A stretch of DNA of 46,640 nucleotides from Simkaniaceae bacterium (GCA_050248615.1 JBFWSA010000018.1:1-46640); one strand, 5' to 3'. Positions 9,567 through 20,296 are shown, counted from the first letter of the stretch. Program-made: numbers and translations. The notes: generated by a model from the sequence alone, not told the origin.

Positions 9567-10749
9567 AAAAACCCCAAGAGAGTCCAAAACCTGTATAAGA
9601 GGTGCGATCTTTGAAGAACTGTCCTTCGGAGTATCCTCTATGGTAATCGACAAAAAGACGCATTTTGCGTCCCACCCCTTGGAGTTTACTCCACTCATAT
9701 CCTGCCATATAGGTTCCATCTAGGTTCCAGTGATTGACTTGCCAGTTCCTGATGTAGATAGCTAAGAAAGCTGTCCCATAGAGCTTATGGTAAAAACTCT
9801 TGTATCCTAAGAGGCGGACTTCTCCTCCCCATTCGATGTAGAGAGGAGGGGTGATGGGGTAGGTCTTATCACTATGAAAAACCCAGCCCGGCCCTACATA
9901 AAGACGAAGGGCGCTATTCACCTGATAAGAGATAAAAAAGTCGATGGCTTCCATGCTGGGATTCACCCGTTCGACTCCCGGATTATGCACAAGATATTCA
10001 TCTCCTAAGTGGGAGGAAACATGGTAAACCCTTAACCGAAAAGCCCATTTATCAACAGCATAGCTGAGGGGAAAACCAACCAAATAGTCGGTATTGATCA
10101 ACTCGGAAATCTCTCCATTATAATGGACCCCCATCTTAAATACTGACCAGATCCCCGCTTGAATATCGATCTGAAGATCTCCCCGCCAAGGGAAAACATT
10201 ACGCCATCGAAAAATGGGAAAGTCATCTCCTAGGGATACTGCTATCGACTTGGTACCCATGATATGATCCCCAATATGGTAAGCAGCTGAATAGATCGTT
10301 TCACGGGGATTCGCAACCATCGGAGCATATAAAACCGTTTGCTGCGGAAACCAGATCCCTTTGATTTGGGGCTTCACCTCGCGTTTTTCAATCTTTTCTA
10401 ACTTTTTCTCAGGGAATTTTTCAACTGGAGTAACCGATTTGACCTCAGGAACATCCTTCACAAAGCGAATAATACTGTTGCGAATAAGGGCATTTTTGGG
10501 GAGGTTGTAAAGATAGACATCCCCATTTTCAACATAAACAAGAACATCAAACTCATAGTAATGGGAATTCACCAAGGCTTGGATATATCCCTCAAGATAA
10601 GCATCTTCTTCTTGAGATAAGTGCTCTTTTGGAATACTATCTGTTCGCGTGGGAGGTGCAGCAGCAATTTCCCCATCCTCTTGAGCAGAAAGGGATAGGA
10701 GCCAAACCAAGCATAAGGAAATGATGAGTGTAAATTTCTTTATATTCAT
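9565..10749 (-). CDS. DUF1207 family exported, probable outer-membrane protein
   Basis: Signal peptide, YHVSSHLGDEYL motif, aromatic-rich strands, C-terminal Phe (GFGLSWGF). Confidence 0.85.
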   Translation of the reverse strand: MNIKKFTLIISLCLVWLLSLSAQEDGEIAAAPPTRTDSIPKEHLSQEEDAYLEGYIQALVNSHYYEFDVLVYVENGDVYLYNLPKNALIRNSIIRFVKDVPEVKSVTPVEKFPEKKLEKIEKREVKPQIKGIWFPQQTVLYAPMVANPRETIYSAAYHIGDHIMGTKSIAVSLGDDFPIFRWRNVFPWRGDLQIDIQAGIWSVFKMGVHYNGEISELINTDYLVGFPLSYAVDKWAFRLRVYHVSSHLGDEYLVHNPGVERVNPSMEAIDFFISYQVNSALRLYVGPGWVFHSDKTYPITPPLYIEWGGEVRLLGYKSFYHKLYGTAFLAIYIRNWQVNHWNLDGTYMAGYEWSKLQGVGRKMRLFVDYHRGYSEGQFFKDRTSYTGFGLSWGF

Positions 10750-10896
10750 TCTCAGTAATTTATGACATATTGCTATCCATGATCCTCTAGAAAAAGGACC
10801 TAACCTCTATATACAGACGCGATTGTTTATGAGCAAAAAAAATCCTGATATGCTAGTCTCAAGATAGACCAAAAGGGTGTAGAAAGGGGGGCGTTT

Positions 10897-11256
10897 ATGC
10901 CACTTAGTCCAGAAGAAGATTTAAGCTATCAACTCAGAAAGCAAGAGCAAGAAATCCACGGCAACTTGTTTATGCTCAATCAACTTTTCAACCTTTGCTG
11001 CAGTGCTGCACTGACAGTCGAGGAAATACGGAAAAAAGCAGAGCCTATTTTAGTCAAACTCCAAAAATCTAATCCCCTTGTTGCAAAAGAGATTCGTGAA
11101 ATTTTAGGATGTGGAGACCAAACCAAGGTGCAGGCGTATTTTGAACAGGAAAAAGAGCAACTCATCCACACCCTTTCTACCGAAATTCAGCAGCATAAAG
11201 GGATCAATAGGAGTATCAACAAAGAGAAGACAAACCAACAACCGACCGATTCTTGA
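10897..11256 (+). CDS. Hypothetical protein (119 aa)
   Basis: ORF with upstream AGGGGG RBS-like sequence; its stop overlaps a repeat terminus. Confidence 0.65.
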   Translation: MPLSPEEDLSYQLRKQEQEIHGNLFMLNQLFNLCCSAALTVEEIRKKAEPILVKLQKSNPLVAKEIREILGCGDQTKVQAYFEQEKEQLIHTLSTEIQQHKGINRSINKEKTNQQPTDS

Positions 11257-11403
11257 ACCTATCCCGAATTAAAATCATTTTTTTATTTCAGTCTTTTTGA
11301 GATCTGTCCTTCTTCTATACTCAAACAACTTCAAAAGTTGGATTTTCGACTGTGCCAAAAATCCAACTTTTGAAGTTGTTTGAGTATAATTCGGGATAGG
11401 TTC
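11255..11403. repeat. Palindromic element family C (partly deleted) carrying a nested family A copy
   Basis: Terminal inverted repeat GAACCTATCCCGAATT / AATTCGGGATAGGTTC flanked by TT on both sides. Confidence 0.85.
11316..11388. repeat. Family A internally deleted copy (73 bp)
   Basis: Both termini intact, centre missing, junction at GCCAAAA. Confidence 0.92.
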
Positions 11404-11492
11404 TTGAATCTTTCTACATTTTGAGGTTGTAATAATAATTTTATTTTCGGTAAACACTGAAAAATATGATCATTTATTACAGCTCTTAATGT

Positions 11493-12773
11493 ATGGAAGC
11501 ATTCAAATACCATCCCCATCCTAGACCTTACTACCCCTGGGTCATTTGGATCTTATGTATCCTTTTCATTTTTTATAATTACATCATTCAATTTGCCGCT
11601 CTATTCATCAATATTCCTCTGCACACAAAGACTGTCGCTAATGTGGTTAATATCGCTCATCTTTTTGACCCTTATGCACTCACAGCCTTTCTTCTCCAAA
11701 TTCCTGTCGCTTTGCTCATTGACAAATATGGGCCCAGAAAAACCACCTCTTTAGCGATTGTCATCACAGGTTTGGGTGCTATTCTTTTTGGGTTTAGTAC
11801 CTCAATGGTAGAAATAGGGATCGCTGTAGCCATTTTTGGCGTAGGAAGTACCGTAACAATTGTAAATGCTCTTAAACTTGCCTCCAATTGGTTTCTCCCC
11901 TCCCGTTTTGCTGTCCTTGTCGGACTAACCATGACAGCCGCAGCTCTTGGAGCTGCTGTTGGGCAACCTCTAGCTCACACGATTATTCAAACCCTGGGTT
12001 GGCGTCAGTTAATGGTTAACTTAGGGATCATCGGAATCGTCTATGCCCTTCTTTTCTTTAGTATCGTTAGAGAAAATGCCCTAGGGGCCCGTTATTCCGT
12101 CTATCCCTCAAAATTATTGATTCCCTATCGGGTAGCCTTAAAAAAAGTATTCAAAAATCCCCAAAATTATCTCGTAGCCCTCTTTTTTGGTCTAGCCATG
12201 AGCCCTTGGGTCTCTTATTTTGGCGTGTGGCATATCCCCTTCTTTCAAACGACCTATCATGTTTCTCATCAGGAAGCCTTCATCGTAAATGTGATCAATG
12301 TTATCGCTTTTGGAGTGGGTGCTCCCTTTTTTGGTTGGATCTCAACCCGTCATAAAAGCCGCAAACGGTTTATGTTCTTAGGCATTATCATCGCTCTTAT
12401 TCTCAATGGTTGCACGATTTATGTTCCCTCTATTCCTTTCCCTGTTGTCGGAATTTTGACCTCTCTTTCTGGGTTCTTTATCAGTGCCTCTACCCTCAGT
12501 TATGCAATGAGTGCCGAAAAAAATAATCCGACTGCTTATGCAAGTGTCTTTGCCCTTCTTTATGTTTCAGCCCTTTTCTTTAGAATGATTCTGGATCGGG
12601 TCATTGGATACATTTTCACCTCTGCTCTTCAGTCGAGAAATGTGCAAAATTTTGAAGACATCACGATCAATGATTACCAAACGTCTCTTGTCATCGTTCC
12701 TATTGTTTTAATTTTGTCCTTATTAGTTCTTTTCTTCATCAAAGAGACGCATGCGGAGCCATCCTATGAATAG
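11493..12773 (+). CDS. MFS transporter, Pht-like (paralog 1)
   Basis: 12-TM pattern, QIPVALLIDKYGPRK (MFS motif A), SNWF, shared PHPRPYYPWVIW and FFIKETHA ends. Confidence 0.9.
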   Translation: MEAFKYHPHPRPYYPWVIWILCILFIFYNYIIQFAALFINIPLHTKTVANVVNIAHLFDPYALTAFLLQIPVALLIDKYGPRKTTSLAIVITGLGAILFGFSTSMVEIGIAVAIFGVGSTVTIVNALKLASNWFLPSRFAVLVGLTMTAAALGAAVGQPLAHTIIQTLGWRQLMVNLGIIGIVYALLFFSIVRENALGARYSVYPSKLLIPYRVALKKVFKNPQNYLVALFFGLAMSPWVSYFGVWHIPFFQTTYHVSHQEAFIVNVINVIAFGVGAPFFGWISTRHKSRKRFMFLGIIIALILNGCTIYVPSIPFPVVGILTSLSGFFISASTLSYAMSAEKNNPTAYASVFALLYVSALFFRMILDRVIGYIFTSALQSRNVQNFEDITINDYQTSLVIVPIVLILSLLVLFFIKETHAEPSYE

Positions 12774-14049
12774 TCCAAAACCTACTTTTGACCCCCATCC
12801 TCGTCCCTATTATCCTTGGGTCATTTGGTTACTCAGTGTGATTTTAATCTTTTACAAATTCATTTTGAAAGCGGGGACCTATACCATTGTAAAAGCTCTC
12901 GTTCAAGAACACATTCTTCACCTTGAAAACACTTCGACTTTTGTGGACTCTTCCTTTTATGCTGTGATTATTTTCCAGCTTCCCATTGCTTTTCTTGTCG
13001 ACCGCTTTGGTCCCCGAAGGATGACAAGCTTAGGCCTACTCATCGCAGCTGTTGGCGCTATTATCATGGGTGTAGGTTACTTTCCTGCTTTTCGCGTAAT
13101 CGCCCTCATTTTGATGGGAGCTGGAGGAAGCATTGCAATGATCAATGCTTTAAAACTGATCTCAAATTGGTTTCATCCCAAAGAGTTTGCCTTTATGACA
13201 GGCCTCACCGTCATGGTAGGGATCTTAGGAGCTAGCATAGGCTACCCTGCCACTCTTAAATTAGTGGAAGCCTTCGGGTGGCGACAAAGCATGATTGACT
13301 ATGGAATCATCGGGATCCTTTATGCACTCCTTTTCTTTCTCGTCATCCGTGATTCTGAACCCGGTGCCCGCTACAATATCAACCCTCCCACAGAAACCCC
13401 TTTATGGGATGCCATCAAAAAAGCCCTATCGAAATGGGACAATTGGGTGATCGCCCTTTATTTTGCGTTTATTGCCACCCCTTGGTCTACTTTTCTAGGG
13501 ATCTGGCAAGTCCCCTTTCTAGAAGCCACCCATCAAATAAGTAAAAAGAGTGCGGTAATCATCAACACATTGAGTATCGTCGGGTTTGCCATTGGTGCCC
13601 CCCTTCTAGGATGGCTCTCAACCCGCTTGAGACGGAGAAAGCCCTTTCTTTTTATTGGACCTCTTGCAGGACTCGTCTTAATCTTGATTAAGATTTATTG
13701 CCCAGGACTTCCCCCTTCCTTTCTCATGATCATCAGCATTCTTTCCTCCTTTTTCATGGGTGTCTATATCTTAGCCTATGTTGTCATCCATGAAAAAAAC
13801 TTACCTCTGATCACCGCTACCGTCATCGGCATGATTTTAGTTGTGGCTGCTATTGTCCATATTATCAATGATCATCTCATCAACGCTGCCATTACCTCTT
13901 CTAATGGATCTTTTGAAAGTGCAGATACAATTTCTTATGCAACCTATGCAAAGGCATTTATTTTCATCCCTCTCTCGCTTGCTTTATCGATCGTATGCGC
14001 TTTCTTTATCAAAGAAACCCATGCCAAGCAAACGTTCGAGGAAACCTAA
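12766..14049 (+). CDS. MFS transporter, Pht-like (paralog 2)
   Basis: QLPIAFLVDRFGPRR, same terminal motifs; ATG at 12766 overlaps the upstream gene end (ORF track start 12751). Confidence 0.9.
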   Translation: MNSPKPTFDPHPRPYYPWVIWLLSVILIFYKFILKAGTYTIVKALVQEHILHLENTSTFVDSSFYAVIIFQLPIAFLVDRFGPRRMTSLGLLIAAVGAIIMGVGYFPAFRVIALILMGAGGSIAMINALKLISNWFHPKEFAFMTGLTVMVGILGASIGYPATLKLVEAFGWRQSMIDYGIIGILYALLFFLVIRDSEPGARYNINPPTETPLWDAIKKALSKWDNWVIALYFAFIATPWSTFLGIWQVPFLEATHQISKKSAVIINTLSIVGFAIGAPLLGWLSTRLRRRKPFLFIGPLAGLVLILIKIYCPGLPPSFLMIISILSSFFMGVYILAYVVIHEKNLPLITATVIGMILVVAAIVHIINDHLINAAITSSNGSFESADTISYATYAKAFIFIPLSLALSIVCAFFIKETHAKQTFEET

Positions 14050-14052
14050 AAA

Positions 14053-15360
14053 ATGGCTGTCCGTAAGCCTGAGCCATTAAAACCTTTTCTCCCTCATCCG
14101 AGACCTTACTACCCTTGGGTCATTTGGTTTATGGGCGTCTTGTTTCAATTTTATCAAACCTCACTCCTCTACACGCCAGGTATTTTAACGCTGCAACTCC
14201 TTAAAACATTTGACATCACTTCCGCGCAATTGGGACTATTAGCAGCGCTCGGTGTCTACCCCTTTCTGTTTTTTCAATTTCCCATTGGCATCTTAATCGA
14301 CAAATACGGCACAAGGCTGATCACAACAATCGGCATTACAACCGTTGCTTTTGGAGCGTTCTTATTTGGAGGAAGTCCTACCATCATCTATGCCTATATG
14401 GGACAGATTTTGATTGGGATTGGAGCGAGTGTTTCTCTCGTTAATATTGTCAAAATTCTCTCCAACTTCTTTCATCCGAAACGATTCGCCTTCATGCTGG
14501 GACTAACCTTTGCTCTTGGCATGCTGGGAGTCTTTTTTGGAGAAATTTTTATCTCTTATTTCGTGGAAAGACTCAGTTGGCGCATGACCATTATCGACTT
14601 AGGTATTCTTGGAATCATTTTTGCCCTTTTCTTTTTTGCCGTTATGAGAGATGACATTCCGGGCGCTAAATACAATATGAATCCTCAAACCCGAGAGCCC
14701 CTCAGTTTATGCTTAAAAAGATTTCTCAAAAAGAAACAAACCTGGGTCCTTTGCCTTTTCTGCGCCTTTTGCTTAGCTCCTTTCCCTGTCTTCAGTGGAA
14801 CCTGGGGCGTTTCCTTTTTGCGTAGCACGTATCACATCTCTTTAGAAACAGCAATTTATGTGCACTCCTCCGCATTTTTTAGTGGGGCCCTTTTTGCCCC
14901 CCTTTTTGGCTATCTCTCAACCCGCTTTAAATGCAGAAAACACTACTTAGTTTTAGGGACCTTTTTTGCCGCCTCATTCATCTCAGTCATCCTGTTCCAC
15001 CATCACAGCTCGATCACCTGGCTGACTCTTTTTTATATCGGTTATGGAATCACCATTGCGACCTTCCCTATTGTTTATACAGTCATTCATGAACAAAATG
15101 TTCCCCGCATTACAGCTAGCTCGATTGCCCTCATTAACAGTTTTTTTGCCCTTTTTGGTGCAACAGGAGATCAGTTGATTGGATTCTTCTTAAACTTTAA
15201 TTGGTACAGTATTGTCGCAAAAGGGGTTCAGGCCATCCCTCCTGATTCTTTCAAAGCAGCTCTGACACGTGTACCCATCTGGCTAAGCCTTGCCTTTATC
15301 ACAGCCTTTTTTATAAAAGAAACTCATGCAAAACAAAAGATCACCGAGCCCAAAATATGA
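14053..15360 (+). CDS. MFS transporter, Pht-like (paralog 3)
   Basis: QFPIGILIDKYGTR, same terminal motifs. Confidence 0.9.
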   Translation: MAVRKPEPLKPFLPHPRPYYPWVIWFMGVLFQFYQTSLLYTPGILTLQLLKTFDITSAQLGLLAALGVYPFLFFQFPIGILIDKYGTRLITTIGITTVAFGAFLFGGSPTIIYAYMGQILIGIGASVSLVNIVKILSNFFHPKRFAFMLGLTFALGMLGVFFGEIFISYFVERLSWRMTIIDLGILGIIFALFFFAVMRDDIPGAKYNMNPQTREPLSLCLKRFLKKKQTWVLCLFCAFCLAPFPVFSGTWGVSFLRSTYHISLETAIYVHSSAFFSGALFAPLFGYLSTRFKCRKHYLVLGTFFAASFISVILFHHHSSITWLTLFYIGYGITIATFPIVYTVIHEQNVPRITASSIALINSFFALFGATGDQLIGFFLNFNWYSIVAKGVQAIPPDSFKAALTRVPIWLSLAFITAFFIKETHAKQKITEPKI

Positions 15361-16632
15361 GTATAGAAAGCCAGCCTAAACCCTTTATGCTCCACCCCCG
15401 CAAGCTTTATGCCTCATTAATTGGGATTCTAGGGGGACTCTTCGTTTTTACCAAACCATCCTGTTAGTCTCGTCTCGGGCGCTCTTCCCAGACTTAGCTG
15501 AAGCCTTTCACGTCTCTATGTCTGATCTCCAACTAATCTCTACAGGCTATTTTTATGCCTGCCTCCTATCCTTTATTCCAACCGGCATTCTCATCGATAA
15601 ATATGGGATCCGCCATCCCAATTCCCTGGAGATCATCATCTGCGCAATAGGGGCCCTTATCTTTGGATTAAGCCCCAATGTGACAGTCCCCTTTTACAGT
15701 CGTATCCTGATAGGAATTGGGGGATGCTTTTCTGTCTTGACCGTATTAAAGCTTTCATTAGAATAGTTCTCCCTTTTGTATTTTGCCTCTTTAAACGGCC
15801 TTGTGATGAGCTTTGGAATGGCTGGAGCCCTTTTCGGAGAAACCCCTTTCAATTCCCTTTTTAATCTTTTCAATTGGCGCATTACCTTTCTGGATCTTGC
15901 TCTCTTTGGGTTTATCTTAGCTCTTATTTATTGGACCTTTGTACGCGATAGAGCCTCCATCATGGCCTACCAAGTGCAGCCAACAACCCCTACCATCCCC
16001 TTCAAAAAAGCCCTTGTAAGTCTCTTTAAAAATAAGCAAAACTGGTTTCTCTTTTTCTACAGGGGCCTAGCCTGGACGACGATCACCGTTTTTGCCGGCT
16101 TTTGGGGCACTCCTTTCTTGAAAATCAAATAATACTACTTAGGAGATCAGCCCGCCCCCTTTGTGAATTCCATGATCTTTTTCGGCTTTGGCCTTAGTGG
16201 TCCTTTTTTTGGGTGGCTCTCCAATCATATTGGTAAACGCAAACCCCTTCTCTTCTGGGGAACTTTTGTCACCCTGATCCTCTTTTAATCGTCTACCTCC
16301 CAACAGTCCCCGATCCCTTGCTTGCGTTCTTTTTCTTTCTCCTTGGCTTTTCCGCAAGCACCTATGCCCTCTCCTTTGCCATGATTTACAAAATCAATCC
16401 CCCCATCATCGCAATAACCGCCTTAGGCTTTCTCAATGCAGGAAATGCCCTCTTTGGAGCTTTAGCCGATCCTCTTGTGGAGCTCTTTTTAGATATCAGC
16501 CCCGATTCCCCTGATCTCTTTAGCAGCGAAAACTTTCAACTAGCGCTTATGCGCCTCCCTATTTACCTCCTTTTGGCCCTCCTCTCTCTCTTTTTCATCA
16601 AAGAAACCCATTGCAAACACAACTATAAATAG
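15357..16632 (+). pseudogene. MFS transporter paralog 4, disrupted
   Basis: ATG overlapping the previous stop (MSIESQPKPFMLHPR); fragments IPTGILIDKYG, FAGFWGTPFL, FFIKETH; stops at 15764-66 and 16130-32 plus frameshifts. Confidence 0.88.
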
Positions 16633-16639
16633 GTATGAT
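16611..16639 (+). promoter_or_regulatory. Sigma66/70-type promoter of the tRNA
   Basis: TTGCAA-17 bp-TATGAT, 11 nt upstream of the tRNA; -35 box lies in the pseudogene 3' end. Confidence 0.65.
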
Positions 16640-16650
16640 CATTGCCCGAT

Positions 16651-16723
16651 GGGGCAATAGCTCAGTGGTTAGAGCAGCGGACTCATAATCCGTCGGTCCC
16701 TGGTTCAAGCCCAGGTTGCCCCA
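16651..16723 (+). tRNA. tRNA with CAU anticodon, most likely tRNA-Ile2 (lysidine)
   Basis: Full cloverleaf GGGGCAA/TTGCCCC-A; anticodon loop CTCATAA; G1-C72 pair excludes initiator; D and T arms resemble known Ile2 tRNAs; no encoded CCA. Confidence 0.93.
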
Positions 16724-16724
16724 C
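16677..16724 (+). repeat. attL: 48-bp tRNA 3' portion
   Basis: 47/48 identical to 20620-20667. Confidence 0.92.
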
Positions 16725-16922
16725 ATTTCTTCCGGAGTTTATCGCACTAAAAATGAGCAACTTGCGCAACATCTGCCAAATTGCCTAAAAGTGCGATTCC
16801 TCTCCGTGGAACATTTGTGGACCACTCGCTTACAACAATTGGCGATAAGCCCAAACGATCGAATTCTATTGCAAACTGTTGCAACGAAAAATGGCGTCAG
16901 TGTAAAATTTCACTTTTTCCCT

Positions 16923-17878
16923 ATGGAATCAGTGATGGAATTGATTTATTTTGATAATCCTGTAGTTAGATCGCTAATGGAGATTCCGCAAACTTGAAAT
17001 GATCTACATGATCCGTTTATAAAAATATTCAGACGAAGATCCCGACCGATTCAATCCTGTTATCTCTTCTTCGAATACATTGGGTTTACAAAGAAGAAAT
17101 TGAAAATTCCGACGGAACTGAAAAAACCAACTTTCGATCACCACGCAAAACTGGCAAAAGTGGATCCCGATATCTCAACGACAATCAATACCGAAGCGAT
17201 AGCCTTAATAGACGCAGATCTCGGTAGTATTGCCAGTGCGATCGATACCCACATAGCTGCGCAAATGCATACCTTGCAGACGACCTTCGAAGACTTGGTG
17301 ACTAGCCAAGAAAAGCGAGCCTCCTCTTTTAGGGCGCGCAAGAGCTACAAAAAGTCTTATTCGGCAACATTATCGACTATATGAAGACAGATTTTGCCGG
17401 CTTTGTAAAATACGCAACCCGATATTTGTCATGGAATATATTTTGCGGCGTTAACCCAATAGGACTTTCTCTCAAGCTGATTAGACAAAGACAACTGGGT
17501 TTCTGGCTCCAATTTTGGCAAGAGGGCATAGAGCTCCCGATAGGGAAAATCGTTGACGATCAGGTTGGCTACTATGACTTGGAATTCTGTTCGCATTTTA
17601 AAGAGTTTGAGGACATGGTTGATACTGAGATGCATACCCATTTGATTATGGGAAGGAAAGTAGATAGAGAGCTATGCCCTATTTCCGCGGTGGCTTATCC
17701 GCCTCATGATCAACAGGCTTTCGAAAAGCGTAATGCATTGATTCTAGGCTCGATTACAAATATCGAGACAAGTTTACAGAAGACGATTGCAAAACGCCCT
17801 GGAAAACTCTACCAACTAGATCCTAAAACACATCTCTTTCAAGAGGTCTTTGAGCCGATCTTCAAAATCGAACTATAG
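16923..17878 (+). pseudogene. Disrupted hypothetical gene (~318 codons)
   Basis: Frame from ATG 16923 reads through TGA 16995-97 into ORF 17100-17384; a 1-nt shift near 17331 joins it to ORF 17381-17878. Confidence 0.6.
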
Positions 17879-17983
17879 ATTTTGGTAGCGATGATCATGC
17901 CTACAGGCTCCTGAATGCTTGCGCTTCTTACATTGTAGAAGCTATCATCATAGCGCCGCCTAATATAAACCATTCGGTACTTC

Positions 17984-18709
17984 ATGAACATAATGAGAAA
18001 CGGCTTCAAGAAAATAGCAGAAAATAATGCTAAATCCATCGAAACAGATTTGGGAGATCTTCTGAATAAAATATGGGAAGTCGTTAGAGTGAGTTCTCAA
18101 GTAATCGATAATTGCTTGAAGGTTCAAGCTATTCTAAATAACAAAAAGCTACTAGACCTGCTTTTAATGAGCAGAAATTTATTATCTGACTGCTGCTGTT
18201 GTTTAGACTCTTTAGAACGGGGACATGAGCGCACTATTTTCAATAATCTTCGCATGATCTTGGAAGATTTAAGTGCTGTTATGAATGCTTCAGAAAATGA
18301 GAAAGCATATAACGCTCTTCAAGATGGCAAGCATCAAGCTTCTCAATCCGTTACTTTTGCCACCAAACGTTACCCTACCCATGAACTTGGACATACTTAC
18401 GGCTGGCTGTCAAAAATATCGCATCATATGGAGCAAGGACTAATAGTGCGGCAATGGATAAATCAAGATGGGTTAATGGCTCATATCAAACCTTATGATT
18501 CCAACCGACGTCAAGCACAATTAAATGCTCTGCTGACAATTATGCATTTTGCCCGTCTTACAGGAGAGATAGCCGAAGAACTTTGTCTAGATGAATTAGA
18601 GACCCCTTACTTCTGGACCAAAGAAAAGAAACGTCACCCATCTCCTAATATCAATATACTTGTGTCTGAAGTTGCAGAAAAAATCGATCAAATGATGTAC
18701 CCTTCCTAA
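17984..18709 (+). CDS. Hypothetical helical protein, DUF5677/HEPN-like signature
   Basis: LRMILE...YGWLSKISHH pattern; island location. Confidence 0.6.
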   Translation: MNIMRNGFKKIAENNAKSIETDLGDLLNKIWEVVRVSSQVIDNCLKVQAILNNKKLLDLLLMSRNLLSDCCCCLDSLERGHERTIFNNLRMILEDLSAVMNASENEKAYNALQDGKHQASQSVTFATKRYPTHELGHTYGWLSKISHHMEQGLIVRQWINQDGLMAHIKPYDSNRRQAQLNALLTIMHFARLTGEIAEELCLDELETPYFWTKEKKRHPSPNINILVSEVAEKIDQMMYPS

Positions 18710-18773
18710 TTGGGTACTCTCAAATGACCTTGAGAAGAATGGTTTATAAAGGGATAAGCCTCTAATCAGAATT

Positions 18774-19568
18774 CTAATGCTCTTTTCTACCGCTTGTAAC
18801 AAGTATCTTCAAAGATCGTTCAAAGCCGAGCTTTTTCAACTTACCAGATGGATCTTGAGACTCTAACTTAGACCATTCAGCAGGAGAAGCTTGATTCATC
18901 CAATTGGACAATTGCTTTTGAAATGTCTGCAGCCATTTTGGGTGCTGCTGAGAGAGGAAAGTAAATTCAGCAAGCGCTTGTTCGGAAAAATCCTCTAATT
19001 GCGTAGCTACATACCAGATCCCATAGAGATCCTTGAGCATCTTTGATGCACTCTTTCGCCTGGTAAAAGTAAGCCCTTTATGGAAGATCCATGCGCCAGG
19101 AGAAACAACCTTTCCCTCCTCTTCTGAATAGGTTTGAAATTCCATCGTCGTTTGCAGACTCAGTGTCAAGTAGCTCAATGGCTGAGCAACAATGCCCGCG
19201 ATCACGACATTTTTATTCTTATCATCTCGGGTAGCCGAATCAGTCAAAAACTCGATCTCTACTTCTACGCCATCGATCTCCTTCACAAAACTTTCGGTTG
19301 CAGGAATATCGACATCTTTGAAGACATGAGTAAATCCTGCTTCATTGAGATATTTGGCGATGTTCTTTTTAGAGATTTCAGGAACTCTTCTGGGAATCAA
19401 CGAATCAATATCACGCGTTCCAACAGGGAGATTCTCAAGCTTGGGATCGGCGAGGTAAAGCTTGTAAATGAAAAGAGCAAAACCACCTCCAATAACAACA
19501 AACTCTCGCCAGGGTCCCAGTGATTTTAAAAATTCTGAAATGATTTTATCTTCTTGAATTTGTTTCAT
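18774..19568 (-). CDS. Nucleotidyltransferase-fold toxin (GSU2403/AbiEii-like)
   Basis: VVIGGGFAL, TRDIDSL, IEFL, HK...KDLY motifs; translationally coupled to the upstream HTH gene. Confidence 0.82.
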   Translation of the reverse strand: MKQIQEDKIISEFLKSLGPWREFVVIGGGFALFIYKLYLADPKLENLPVGTRDIDSLIPRRVPEISKKNIAKYLNEAGFTHVFKDVDIPATESFVKEIDGVEVEIEFLTDSATRDDKNKNVVIAGIVAQPLSYLTLSLQTTMEFQTYSEEEGKVVSPGAWIFHKGLTFTRRKSASKMLKDLYGIWYVATQLEDFSEQALAEFTFLSQQHPKWLQTFQKQLSNWMNQASPAEWSKLESQDPSGKLKKLGFERSLKILVTSGRKEH

Positions 19569-20296
19569 TTGTTCTTAAAGCTTTTGTAGATGCGTTTCAG
19601 TTCAGGTACTCGCTGGGCTATAAATTCTGCTTGTTCTTGTCCTCGTAGAGGAAAGTGATAAAGATCTAAAAACACAAGAAGGAACGGACAAATGCCAATT
19701 TCTTTACCATCCTTCATATTTTGCTTGAGAAGCATTTTATAGTAAGGTTCGATCAACAAGACTTCATACCCTCTTTCTTGCGGTTCCAATTGCAGAGCGC
19801 TTTCCAATTTCGGTCTAATCGAAGGATCAAGGACATACAATTCTAATCCTTCCAGATTGGTGTTCTTAAGCTCAAATGCTTCAGCTGCTGAATGAAGGGC
19901 CAAGATTACGTTTTGCTCGAGTCCAGATTTCTTTAAAGCCTTGAACCACTCTGACTTTCCAGAAAGAGCGGAACGATATGTTCTGATTTTGCATTTTTTC
20001 ACGATGCTGTAGTGCTCTAACCAGCTTTCTAGAAGCTCTTTTGGTTTGTTAAAGGAAAACCTCTTGGAAGTTCTTACTCCTTCAACTTGCAGAAGTCCTT
20101 TCAATACCAGAATATTGAAAACACGTTGAACCAGACCCAGGCTTACTCCCGCTTCTTTAGCAACTTCTCTCAATGAAAAGCTTTCTTTGGAAAGTCCTTC
20201 TCGAAGCAGCCAATCAAGCACGAGAGAAGACTTATCAGCATAGACATTACCTTCTGCCGGATCTTCATTGGAACTTACTAGGAAACGACCTTTCAT
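19565..20296 (-). CDS. Winged-HTH antitoxin, type IV TA (AbiEi-like)
   Basis: SLREVAKEAGVSLGLVQRV HTH; LLESW; FLDLY..RGQEQAE C-terminal motif; GGAGGG RBS before ATG 20296. Confidence 0.8.
   Translation of the reverse strand: MKGRFLVSSNEDPAEGNVYADKSSLVLDWLLREGLSKESFSLREVAKEAGVSLGLVQRVFNILVLKGLLQVEGVRTSKRFSFNKPKELLESWLEHYSIVKKCKIRTYRSALSGKSEWFKALKKSGLEQNVILALHSAAEAFELKNTNLEGLELYVLDPSIRPKLESALQLEPQERGYEVLLIEPYYKMLLKQNMKDGKEIGICPFLLVFLDLYHFPLRGQEQAEFIAQRVPELKRIYKSFKNK

Noticed and set aside
3409..11403. CRISPR array interpretation of the recurring TATACTCAAACAACTTC sequence
   Set aside because: Copies are dispersed inverted termini with conserved interiors, not direct repeats with unique spacers; no cas genes are present.
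9454..11519. Short ORFs 9454-9723, 9528-9719, 11275-11457 and 11331-11519
   Set aside because: They overlap repeats or real genes and show no coding signature.
16651..16723. Initiator tRNA-fMet call
   Set aside because: G1-C72 is paired and the three consecutive G-C pairs of the initiator anticodon stem are absent. Elongator Met cannot be fully excluded.
16716..16922. 5' part of ORF 16716-16997
   Set aside because: It starts inside the tRNA and crosses the att arm region; only the part from ATG 16923 looks coding.
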